Source: an uncultured Planctomycetota bacterium (GTDB lineage: Bacteria; Planctomycetota; Planctomycetia; Isosphaerales; Isosphaeraceae). Taken from it: a stretch of DNA of 64,000 nucleotides. The position numbers and the translations under genes were made by a program. Below the pieces are notes generated by a model. That model saw only the letters and a program-made list of their open reading frames with translations, did no database searches and was not told where the DNA came from. Every line of letters starts with the position of its first letter. The first letter of the stretch is position 1. The stretch is taken from the NCBI GenBank assembly GCA_963823665.1, contig CAWGMQ010000008.1:768001-832000 (forward strand). Direction: 5' to 3'. Of this stretch, positions 21,634 to 34,400 are shown piece by piece.

Positions 21634-22074
21634 ATGTTTCGCTCTTGGAACTCAATATGGCGTCATTGTGAAAAAGTTCCTGCTCGCGGCGGTCACAGAC
21701 GGCGACAGCCCGGCGGGAGAGCGCTTGAAAGCCTCGAGCAACGTTTGGCCCTCAGCCTCAGTCACACCGTCGCCCCGTTCGCTGAAGCGACGCAAACCTT
21801 TGTTGCAACGATGGTTGCACCTTACCAAAGGCACGCCGAGGTCGCGGGCGCCTCCGTCGCCGGCAATGATCTCACCGGTCAGGCCAGCGGCAAGCGCCAG
21901 CACATCCCGCTGGTCACGCAAGGCGACGGGTCCGCTCGGAAGATCTCCCCGGAGTGGATTCAGGGGATGCCAGGTGAAGACGTCGTCGCGAACACGGCGC
22001 CAGAGCAGCAGTCGTTCACACACAGGCACCCTACGCTCACCAATGTTGACAGGCGCACCATCACCGTCACGTGA
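21634..22074 (+). CDS. Short secreted protein with planctomycete LExLExR leader; likely paralog of 21102..21383
   Basis: MFRSWNSIW...RRRQPGGRALESLEQRLALS leader; mature part contains VAGNDLTGQASGKRQHIP. Confidence 0.75.
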   Translation: MFRSWNSIWRHCEKVPARGGHRRRQPGGRALESLEQRLALSLSHTVAPFAEATQTFVATMVAPYQRHAEVAGASVAGNDLTGQASGKRQHIPLVTQGDGSARKISPEWIQGMPGEDVVANTAPEQQSFTHRHPTLTNVDRRTITVT

Positions 22075-22464
22075 AACCGGCGCAACTCATCCGGTTTCGA
22101 TCCTTGGTCGCAGCGGCGCGTGCAAGGGGCGTGCCGAAAAAGAGATGCGTTCCCAAAAGACCATACGTGCGTACAAAAATGAATCCGTTCGCGAGTGGAA
22201 TAGTGACAAGATGGAACTCGCGAGTGTATTACTTTTCTCTTCTCCCACTGCTTGCGTTGTTGCGCGGTGTCTTGCGCCCTATGACCGAGCGCCTCCGCGA
22301 TTCGCCTTGGGGAAATCGCGAAAACGAGATTCGCGTGCATCGAAGCACGTGCTTCCAACGTACCTTGGGAAACCACGCCCGACGCGAGGACGGCTGAACG
22401 CCTCTCGTGCGTTTGAATTTGCCATCCTGATCTTGGATCTCTCCCGACAAAAGAGGCTCGTTCG

Positions 22465-25400
22465 ATGTCAACACCAGAGGGACCGGGCGCCGGCGGGCCG
22501 AGTTTCCGCCCCGGCAAGCAATGGAAGCGAAGTCTGCGGCGACGAGACGCCGCCAAGCGACCGAAGCGGAAGCCGTTTCTGCCGGACTTCCTTCCGCTCG
22601 ATCAGCGGATGATGCTGTCGACGTTCACGGTGACCGACACCAGCGACAGCGCCAGCGATCCGAACTCGCTGCGCTCGGCGATCACCCAGAGTAACTCTTC
22701 CGGACCCGGGCCAAACACGATCGACTTCGACATCCCGACGACCGACTCCGGCTACAACATGACCACCGGCGTCTGGACGATTGACCTGACTTCTGACCTC
22801 CCGCAAATCTCCGTTCCGGTACTGATCGATGGCTCCAGCCAGCCCGGATACGCAACCGCGCCGCTCATCGACTTGGACGGCACGAGTGCCGGAGCCGATG
22901 CGACCGGCCTGAGTTTCACGAACGGCTCAGATTTCAGCACGGTCGAGGCGCTCGTCATCAACAATTTCGCCAGTACAGGCATCGATCTCGACGGTGGAGA
23001 CTCGAACACGATCGAGGGCTGTTACATCGGCACGAACTCCACCGGCACCGCTGCGGAGAGCGGGTCGATGACCGTAGGCATTGACGTGCTCACCGCCTTC
23101 AACACGATCGGCGGCGCGACGAGCACTCCAGGCACAGGCGCAGGGAACGTGATTTCCGGACCGTCGAGCGCCGGCATCGAGATCGACGCCTTTTCTCAAA
23201 CAACCCTCGTCATCGGCAACGCAATCGGTACCAACGCGAGCGGTACGGCCGCGGTGCCGAACGGGACCGGCGTCTTGGCGGTCGACCACTCCGGCCTCGC
23301 CACAATCGGCGGCACCGCATCCGGCACAGCCAACTTGATTTCCGGCAACTCGAACGCAGGCATCGAGATCACTGGCGTCTTTGCCGGTGCAGACGCCGTC
23401 GAAGGCAACTTGATTGGCACCGACGTGACGGGCAGCCTCGCCATTCCCAATGCCAGCGGCGTGGAAATCGATACGGGCGCGTCCGAATCTACGGTCGGCG
23501 GCTCGGTCGCCGGCGCGGGCAATCTCATTTCGGGAAATCTGGGCGCCGGCGTGGAGATCTCCGCTGCATCGTACAACGACATTTGGGGCAATGTGATTGG
23601 CCTCAACCTGGCTGGAAACGCCACGCTGGGCAACTTCTACGGCGTGCGCCTCGATTCCGATGCCGCAAACAACATGATCGGCGGGCGCGAATTAGGATTC
23701 GGCAACACCGTAGAGCAAGGCTTCGCCAACGTTATCTCGGGCAATAACGTTTCCGTCAACAGCGTGGGCGTCTTCATCGATGGAGCCGTCGATAATGCTG
23801 TCCCGGGCAACTTCATCGGCACCGACATCACCGGCACAGTTGCCTTTCCAAACACGATCGGAGTCGAGATCGGCGGGGGTGCTAGCGCCAACACCATCGG
23901 CGGCGGCACTGTAACCTCCAACGATATCAGTCTGGGCGCCACCAGCGTCATTTCGGGAAACACCGACCAGGGCGTAGTGATCACGGATTCCGGCACGTCC
24001 AGCAACGTGCTCGCCGACAACCTGATCGGGACCGACATCACCGGCACGATAGCAATCCCCAACGGAGCCGACGGCGTCCAGATCGCCTCGAGCGCCGTCG
24101 GCAACACGATCGGCGGCGCCACCACCGCCTCCGCCAACGAGATCAGCGGCAACACGGGCTACGGCATCGATTCCGAGAGCTCGAGCTATGACAACTATGT
24201 TGCGAATGACTATCTCGGCACAGGCCCCGGTGGCTCCGGCAACCTACCCAACAGCTCGGCGGGGCTCTTCATCGGCGGCACCGTCACCGCCGGAGGCGAG
24301 CTCGTCGGCAATGTGGTTAACGACGGAACGCTCGGCGTCGCGGGCTTGAGCTCGGTCACGATCGATGGCGACTACGCGCAGACCGCCTCCGGATCGCTCG
24401 ATATCACTGTGGCCGGAGCGTTCCCGCCGCACTATGACCAGGTGCAAGTGTCCGGCACGGCCACGCTCGACGGCTCGATCAATGTCCTGTTTCTGATTGG
24501 CTTCTCGATCAATTCGGTCGACGCGTTCGACGTTCTATCCTATGGCGCCGTTACCGGCTCGTTTTCAACATACGGCGCGGCAGCCTCGACGCTCTTTCCG
24601 ACCTACGGCCCGACCGCGTTCCTCCTTTCGGCAACATCGTCGGTCCAAGTGGTCACGACCACCGCCGACTCAGGCGCAGGCAGCCTGCGACAAGCGATCA
24701 CCGGCGCGAACTTGGCCGCCCCGGCCGCCACAGTCATCGCCTTCGACATCCCGACGTCCGACTCGGGCTACGACTCGGCCACCGGCGTCTGGACAATTTC
24801 GCCTGCTTCGGCCTTGCCGGACATCACGGCGCAGGTCGGGCTCAACGCCTCGACGCAGCCGGGCTATGCCAGCTCGCCGGTCATCGTCCTCGATGGCACG
24901 AGCGCCGGCAGCGATGCAAACGGCTTGGTGCTCGACACCGGCTCCGACGGCAGCGTGCTGACCGCGCTCGCGATCAACGCCTTCAGCACCGGTAACGGCA
25001 TTTTGGTCGAGACGACGGACAACACGATCGAAGCCTCCTACATCGGCACCGACGCAACGGGCACCGTGGCAATCGCCAACTTGAACGGCGTCGAGCTCGA
25101 TTCCGGCTCTTCCGGCAACACGATCGGCGGCACGCTCTCAGGCGCAGGCAACCTGGTTTCCGGCAACTCCCAGAACGGCATCCTCGCCCTGAGCTCTTCC
25201 GACAATCTTATCGAAGGCAACTTGATCGGAACTAATCGAAGCAGCACGGGCTCGCTTGCCAACCAGTTCGAGGGGATCAAGCTCGATACCGGATCCTCCG
25301 GCAACACGATTGGCGGGATCACCACCACTCCGGGCACAGGTCCAGGCAACGTCATTTCCGGCAACGACGTCGGCGCCGAGTGGGGCATCATTATCGACGG

Positions 25401-28400
25401 GTCGGGAAACCTGGTGGCCGGCAACGTGATCGGCACCGACTCGACTGGAACCATCGCCGTCCCCAATGGCACAGCGATCGGTGTCTTTGCCCCTGCATCC
25501 TCCAACACGATCGGCGGTACGGCCGCGGGGGCAGAGAATCTCATCTCGGGCAATGCGAGCGGCGGTATCGCGAGTGGTGCGCCCGGTCTACTTATCGCCG
25601 GCAATTTTATCGGCACCGATATCACCGGCACGCAATCCCTGCCTAACGGCGGCGCCGGCGTGTCGGTCGCGGGTGCCGGCACGACCATCGGTGGAACCAC
25701 CGCCGGCGCGGGAAACTTGATCTCGGGCAACAGCGACGGGGGAATCCTCTTGGGCGGCGGTTCGCTCGTCGTGGGCAACATGATCGGCACCGATATCACC
25801 GGCACGATCGCCATCGGAAACGGCTTGGCCGGTGTCGAAATCTACGAGTCATCGGACAACACGATCGGTGGCACCACCGCTGCCGCCAGAAACCTGATCT
25901 CGGGCAACTCCGACTACGGCGTTGAAATAACGGGCATAGGCGCAGCGGGGAATTTCGTTCTTGGCAACTACATCGGCACCGATATCACCGGCAGTATCGC
26001 ACTTGGCAACGGCATCGGGGTCGGAATAGAGACTGCGGCGAAAGACAACACGATCGGCGGCGACGTCGCCGACGAAGGAAATCTGATCTCCGGCAACGAA
26101 AACTACGGCGTCCAGATCGCTCCCAATCTCACCCAGGCGGCGGACAATGTGGTCGCGGGGAACCTGATTGGCACGGATGCAACCGGCACGCAGCCGCTGG
26201 GCAACGGCACGGGCGTTCAGATTCTGAATAGATCCATAGGCAACACGATTGGCGGCACCACGGCCGCCGCCGCGAACGTCATCTCGGCCAACTTGAACAG
26301 CGGCATCATCATCACCGACTCGTTCGGCGGAGACAATCTCGTCGCCGGCAACTTGATCGGCACCGATGTCACCGGCGATCTGGCCCTGGGCAACTATTTC
26401 TATGGTGTCGAGATCGACGACTCATCGGACAACACGATCGGCGGTACAGCCTCGGGCGCGCTCAACATCATCTCCAACACTCAACCCGACCCCCTGAACG
26501 ATTCCATCGGCGGCGCCGGCGTCGTGATGATGGACTTCTCGGGCGACAACGTCGTCCTGGGCAATGACATCGGCACGAATCTCTCGGACAGCACGGCCAT
26601 GGGCAATGCCGCCGACGGTGTCGACATCGAATCCGGCTCGATGTTCAACACGATCGGCGGTTCCGTTTCCGGAGCGGGCAACCTGATCGCCGAAAATGTG
26701 AACGGCGTCGACATCGACGGCCCCGGCACCTCAGGCAACTTCGTGGAAGGAAACCTGATCGGTACCGACTCGAATGGCGACTACGACCTGGGCAACGACA
26801 CGGGTGTCGTGATCAGCGACAGTGCCACGGACAACACAATCGGCGGCGTGACGACGGCCGCCGGCACCGCTCCAGGCAACGTGATCACCGGAAGCAACGG
26901 CTACGGCATCTTCATCGGCGGCTCGGCCGGCGACAATGCGGTGGAAGGCAACTTGATCGGCACGGGCCAGAGCAGCTCACTCACGCTGGGCAATAATTAT
27001 GGCGGCGTCTCGTTCTATCAGGCCGGCTCCGGCAACACGATCGGCGGCGATGTCTCAGGCGCCGGCAACTTGATCGGGGGCAACGCGGGCGACGGCATTT
27101 ACGACCAGGATGATTCGGGCAACGTGTTCGAAGGGAACGTGATCGGCCTCAACCCGACCGGGACCTCCTCCTCCGACAATGGCAACAGCGGCGACGGCGT
27201 GGAGCTCCAGCGGGTATCGGGCGACACAGTGGGCGGCACGGTCGCCGCGGCTCGGAATGTCATCTCCGGCAACAGCAATGACGGCGTCCAGCTCGACGGG
27301 TCGAACACGACCGACAACGTGATCGAAGGGAACTTTATCGGGACGGATATCAGCGGTACAACTGCCGTCGACCCGAGAGACCAAACCATCGGCAACAACA
27401 ACGACGGCGTCGAGATCGACTCGGGGGCAACGGGGAATACGGTGGGCGGAACACTCTCGGGCGCCCTTAATCTGATCTCGGGCAACATTCAAGTCGGTGT
27501 CGAGATCTCGGGTAGCGGCGCGACTGGGAACCTCGTCGAGGGCGACTTTATCGGCACGGACGTGACCGGCACGGTGGCGATCTTCAACCCGACAACCCTG
27601 AACTTCGGTAACGACGGAGTGGAGATCGATCACTCGGCCTCGGGCAACACCGTGGGCGGCACGACTGCGCAGGCCAGAAACGTGATCTCCGGCGCGGGAT
27701 TGTCCGATGTTGGCATCGACAGCTCGGCGACCGGGAACCTGGTCGAAGGCAACTACATCGGCATCGATTCCTCGGGCACGTTCTCGCTGGAGGACGGCCA
27801 GGGCAGCGACGGCGTGGAGATCTCCGCACCCGGCAACACGCTCGGCGGCACGGTTTCGGGTGCCCGCAACGTGATCTCGGGAAATGCCGGACCGGCCGTC
27901 GAGCTCGATGGGGCAAATTCCACCGGCAATCTGGTGCTTGGCAATTTCATCGGCACCGATTACACGGGCACCGTCGCCAGCGGCAACGTAACGGACGGGA
28001 TCGATATCGACTCGGCCGCCTCGGACAACACGATCGGCGGCGTTGCGAGCACCTCCGGTCCTTCGAGCCTGATCGGCGGCGGCGCGGGCAACCTGATCTC
28101 CGGTAACCAATACGGAATCGACGACACGAGCGCCGGCGGCAATCTATTCGAGGGCAACGTGATCGGCCTCGACGCGACTGGCACCATCGCCGTTCCCAAT
28201 GCCAGCGACGGCGTGGCCATCCAAGATGTGTGGTACGATACCGTGGGCGGCACGGCCTCGGGCGCCGCAAACCTCATCTCGGGCAATCAAAGCGACGGCG
28301 TGGAAATTTCCGGCGACAACAATCTCGTCGCAGGCAACTTCATCGGTACCGATGTCTCGGGCAGCACCGCATTCGATGCCAGTGGCGATCCAATCGGCAA

Positions 28401-31400
28401 CGCCAACGACGGCGTCGAGATCGATGGGGCCGGCAGCGACAACACGATCGGTGGTGCGACTCCGCAGGCACTCAACGTCATCTCAGGAAACGTGCTATAC
28501 GGTGTCCAGATCGCCGGTGAGGGCACGTTCAACAACCTGGTCGAAGGCAATTCGATCGGTCTGAACCAGACCGAAAACTCCACCCTCGATAAAGCGGGAC
28601 GTGGACTCGGCAATTACGCCGGCGTCGAGATCGACTCAGGCGCTGGCTATAACACGATCGGCGGAACATCTGCCGCCACCGCCAACGTCATCTCCGGCAA
28701 CAGAGACGTTGGTGTCTACATTCAAACGGACTCCGCCTTTATCACGGCCTACAACCTGGTCGAAGGAAACCTGATCGGCACCGACTCGACCGGCACTTTC
28801 AGTTTTGAAAACAGTCAAGAGCCGAATGGCGAGCAGGCAAATGGGCTTGTCATTCAGGCCGCGGACGACAACACAATCGGCGGCACGGCGCAAGGCAGCG
28901 GCAACGTCATATCGGGCAACGCAAGCAATGGCATTGATATTTTCAACTCCGCGAACCAAAACACCATCGAAGGAAATGAAATCGGAACCAACGCCGCTGG
29001 CACCTCGGCAATCCCCAACGGCAATGACGGCGTTTACATCGAAGTCAACTCGAGCCTTAACACGATCGGCGGACCGACCGCCGCCGCGAGCAACCTGATC
29101 TCCGGCAATCAGAACGCCGGTGTAGAAATCGACGCCGACCAGAACCTCGTCGAAGGCGACTACATCGGGACCGACACGACCGGATCGAACCCTGTCTCGA
29201 ACGCCGATGGCGTCATCGTCAATTCATCTTCTGACACGATTGGCGGCACGGCCTCAGGCGCCGGAAATCTGATCTCTGGCAACACGAGCAACGGAATTTT
29301 CACCACTTCGGGGGGAACGAATGTCCTGATAGCCGGCAACATGATCGGCACCGATATCACCGGTACGCAATCCGTGCGCAACGGCTACGGCACATCAATC
29401 ACCTCGATCGGCGGTGTGTCGATCGGCGGGACGGGCGCCACCATCGGCGGCACGGTTGCAGCAGCGGGCAACCTGATCTCGGGCAACTACGCCCTCTACG
29501 GACTCAAGCTCGCCAGCACCGGCTCGCTCGTTGTGGGCAACATGATCGGTACCGATGTGACCGGCACATCCGTCCTTGCGAACTACAGCGGTATCTACGT
29601 CGTGTCGGGACCCAATACGATTGGCGGCGCCACGCAGGCGGCGGAAAACCTCATCTCGGGGAACGAGATCGGCATCGAGTTCCAGGGCTCAGCCGCCTCC
29701 GGGAATATCGTCGATGGAAACCTGATCGGCCCAGACTATACCGGCACCGTTTCGCTGGGGAACAACGTCGGAGTCTATCTCGCAGTTGGCGCATCAAACA
29801 ACACGCTTGGCGGCATCGTCACCGGCCAAGGAAATGTGATCTCTGGCAACAACATCGGCGTGGAGCTCAGTCCCGGAACCTCTCAGGCGGTATCGGACAA
29901 TCTGATTGCGGGCAACAAGATCGGCACCGATCCGACCGGCACGCTTCCACTCGGCAACGGCACGGGCGTCGACATTTTCGGGCTCGTCACCGGCAACACG
30001 ATCGGCGGCACCACGGCCGCGGCCGCCAACGTCATCTCGGCCAGCCTGAGCGACGGGATCGATATCGTCGGCTCAGGGGCCACGGGCAACCTCGTCATCG
30101 GCAACATGATCGGCACCGACGTCACCGGCACCACCGCGTTCGACCCGACCGGCACCTATCCGCTGGGAAATACAATCGACGGCGTCTCGATCAGCTCCTC
30201 GGCCCAGGGCAACACCATAGGCGGCACCGCGGCCGGCACCCGCAATATCATTTCCGGCAACCTGAGCGACGGCATCGAGATCTCCGGCAGCGGCACGTCC
30301 GCCAACCTGGTGGCGGGTAATGAGATCGGCACGAATGCGGCCGGCAATGCCGCGATCCTGGCGGCTGCCTTCGTGAACGCCTATGGCAGCGACGGCGTGG
30401 CAACTGACTCGAGCGCCTCCGACAACACGATCGGTGGTACAGCCGCCGGCGCAGGCAACTTGATCTCGGGCGACTACACCGGCGTGGACATAAACTTTGC
30501 CAGTGGCACCGTGGTCGAGGGCAACCTGATCGGCACCGACGTCGCAGGAACCTTCGCGCTGCCCAACTCGATCGGCGTCTGGGTCCACGGCGGTTCGACG
30601 CAGAACACGATCGGCGGCTCGACTTCCGGTGCGGGCAACCTGATCTCGGGAAACACCGGCGGTGGTGTGAGTATCACCGACATCGTGACGGCGAGCAACG
30701 TCATCGCGGGCAACAAGATCGGCACGGACGTTTCCGGTACCCTCGCCCTGCCCAACTCAGGCGATGGTGTGCTGATCAACGACTCGGGCAGCAATACGAT
30801 CGGCGGCTCGACTTCCGGCGCAGGCAACCTGATATCGGGGAACAGCTCCTTTGGCGTTGCGATCGAAGGCCAGAACGCGTATGTGAACGTGGTCGCCGGC
30901 AACCTGATTGGCACCGACGCGTCCGGAACCGTCGCGCTGGGGAACAACGATGGCGTGGGCATTTTGGGAGCAGATTATGGCAACACGATCGGCGGCTCCG
31001 CCGCGGGCTGGGGCAACCTGATCTCGGGGAATACCGAGACTGGAGTCGTGATCAACGGCCAGGACGTCGTGATACAGTCCGTCAAGAATGTTGTCGCGGG
31101 AAACCTGATCGGTACCGACATCACGGGCACGTTTGCAGTCCCCAACGAGACCGGGGTGTTGATCGACGACTCGCCCAACAATACGATCGGCGGTTCGGTC
31201 TCCGGCGATTCCAACCTGATCTCGGGCAACACCGCGTACGGGATCTATCTCGACTTCGGAACGACGGAAACCATTATCGTCGGTAACAAGATCGGCACCG
31301 ACATCGCTGGCACCCTTGCACTGCCCAACTCCACCGGAATATTCGTCTCGGCGGACGACAACACGATCGGCGGCGGAGCCGCCGGCATGGGGAATCTGAT

Positions 31401-34400
31401 CTCGGGTAATACCGCCGACGGCGTCGCCATCAGCGGTGCATCTGGCACCGTCGTCGCCGGGAACCTGATCGGCACCGACGTGACGGGGACCTTTGCGATT
31501 GCCAACTCGATCGGCGTCGAGATCGATACGGGCGCCTCGGGAAACACCATCGGCGGATTGACCGCCGTTCCGGGCGTGGGGCTCGGCAACCTGATCTCGG
31601 GCAACGCTACCGGGATCAACGACAGCGGTGGCGGCGACGACGTGTTCTTGGGCGATTCCATTGGCCCAACTAACGATGGAATCGCCGGCGGCGGGACCGA
31701 CGGTATCGACGTGTCAACCTCGGGCGACACGATCGGCGGAACGATCGCCGGCTCGGCCAACCTCATCAGCGGCAACTCCAGCTACGGCATTCATTTCACC
31801 GGCGCGGCGCGACCGGCAACCTGGTCGAAGGCAACTTCATCGGCACTAACTTGCTGGGCACCATGGCGATTGCCAACTCAGTGGGCGTCGAGATTGACGC
31901 GGGCGCCTCGGGCAACACGATCGGCGGTCTCCACAAGCGTGCCGGGCACCGGCGCGGGCAATGTGATCTCGGGCAACGCGACTGGAGCCATCGACTTTGG
32001 TGGTGGAAACGACGTGTTCGAAGGCAATTTGATCGGCTTAAAGGCTGGGGGGCTTGCCGCGCTGCCGAACACGAGCGGTGGGATTGGCGCGGGGAGCGCT
32101 GGAGACACCATCGGCGGCACGGCTGCCGGCGCGAGCAACGTTATTTCGGGGAACGGGGACACCGGCGTCTCGGTCTCCGGAGGCGTCGTTGTCGTGGGTA
32201 ATCTGATCGGCACGGACTCAAGCGGCACCGTCGCGGTTGCCAACGCGCTGGGAATTGATGTCGCACAAGGGGAGAACACAATCGGCGGGACAATCTCCGC
32301 CGCGCGCAATGTGATCAGCGGCAACACCGGTGATGGCATTCAGATCGACTTCTTTCCCGGATTTTCCATCAACACCCTGATCGAGGGAAACTACATCGGC
32401 CTCGATTCCACGGGCACGCTCGCTCTGGGAAACGGCGGCGATGGGATCGACATCATCGCCCCACCGCTGTCCGGCGGCAGCGCCACGACCATCGGCGGAT
32501 CGATCACCGGATCAGGCAACGTCATTTCCGCCAACGTCGGTGTTGGCATCTCGATCGCGACCAATAATAGCGGAAATCTGATCGAGGGGAATTTCATCGG
32601 GACCGACCACACCGGTGCGACGTCGACCGATTCCGACGGTGATTCGCTCGGCAATCAGCAAGGGGGGATCCTGGACGTCGCAGCCAACGACACCATCGGC
32701 GGACTGACCGCGGCGCGCGCAACGTCATCAGCGGAAACCCCATGTTCGGTGTTTCCCTCGGTGAAAGTATTTATTCGGCGGCGACCGATGCGAGCGTTAT
32801 GGGTAACTACATTGGCACCGACGTCACCGGCACCGTTGCGCTGCCCAACGACCTGGGCGTGCAGCTTGCCGGCGGAGGCAACACGATCGGCGGCACGGCC
32901 TCGGGCGCGGGGAATCTGATCTCCGGGAATGGCATCGGAATCAGCGACGCGGCACCCAGCGGTAACCTCATCGCAGGCAATTTCATCGGCACCGATGCCG
33001 GTGGCACCGCCGCTCTGGGAAACACGGTCGACGGCATCGACATCTCCGCGTCGGGCCAGACGATCGGCGGAACGGCTCCGGGGGCAGGAAACCTGATCTC
33101 GGGGAACGACGGTGAGGGCATTCAGATCGCCAGCCACCCCGCTGGCTTCGACTTTATCAGCCCCGCAGAAGACAATGTCATCCAGGGCAATCTGATCGGT
33201 ACCGACGTCACCGGCGACGTCGCGATTCCGAACTACGATGGCGTGGATGTGGTTGGCGGGTACGCCGGCAACACAATCGGCGGCAGCGTGTACGGTGCGG
33301 GCAACCTCATCTCAGGCAATACGAATGACGGCATACTGCTCCGGGGCTCTAACGCCAACACCATATCCGGCAATCGAATCGGCACCGATCGAACCGGCAC
33401 CATCGCTTTGGGCAATCAATCAGGCGGTATTCAGCTCGAAGACGCCACTCTCATGCAGCGTGGTGTATTTGGTGGTGTGCGGGTCTACGGATCAGACAAT
33501 AACACGATCGGCGGCACGACCGCGGCGGCGCGGAACATCATCTCGGGAAATCGAGGGAGCGGTGTTGAGATCGGTGAAGCCAGCCAAAACGTGGTGGCGG
33601 GGAACTGGATCGGAGTCGATGCCGCCGGCGCGAAAGCCCTGGCAAACGCGATCTTCGGCGTCTCCATTCAAGGAGCGTCCGCAGGGGAAGGCGGCACCGG
33701 CAGCGCCAGCAACAGCAGCAGCAGCTCCAGCGGCAGCGGCAACACATCAGGAAAAAGTAATATCATCGGCGGCACCGCCGCGGGCTCAGGCAACGTCATA
33801 TCGGGGAATGGTTCCGGCGGAATCTACATCTCCGGGGGGACCCTGGACGTCGTGGCGGGGAACTGGATCGGGACTGATGCCACCGGCACCGTCGCGCTGG
33901 CGAATGCCGGCGACGGCGTGGAACTCAACCAGACGTCGGGCAACACGATCGGCGGAACCGTGCCCCAAGCCGCAAATTTGATCTCGGGCAATACCAACGG
34001 CGTCGAGATCAACGACTCGAGCCAGAACTTTGTCCAGGGGAACATGATCGGCACCGACACGACTGGAACGCTGGCAATTGGTAACACCGGCGCCGGCGTG
34101 CTGGTCGACGCCGGTTCCGCGTCCAACACGATCGGCGGGCCGGTGGGCGGGGGCGCAACCTGATCTCGGGGAACGCGGAAGGCGTGATGATCGAGGATGG
34201 AGACCCGACCGGAACACTCGTGGCCGGGAACCTGATCGGCACCGACATCAAGGGCACCTCCAGCGTACCCAACCTGAGCGGCGGCATCATCATCACGGGC
34301 GGCTCGGGCACCACCATCGGCGGTGCAGGCACGCTGGGTCTCAACGTGATCTCGGGGAACAAGGGTGACGGCATCGACATCGACAGCGATGCGGCGAGCA

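Noticed and set aside
21494..22612. 372-aa plus-strand ORF
   Set aside because: Arg/Ser/Pro-rich alternative frame overlapping the better-supported 21634 ORF, the promoter motif and the start of the giant gene.
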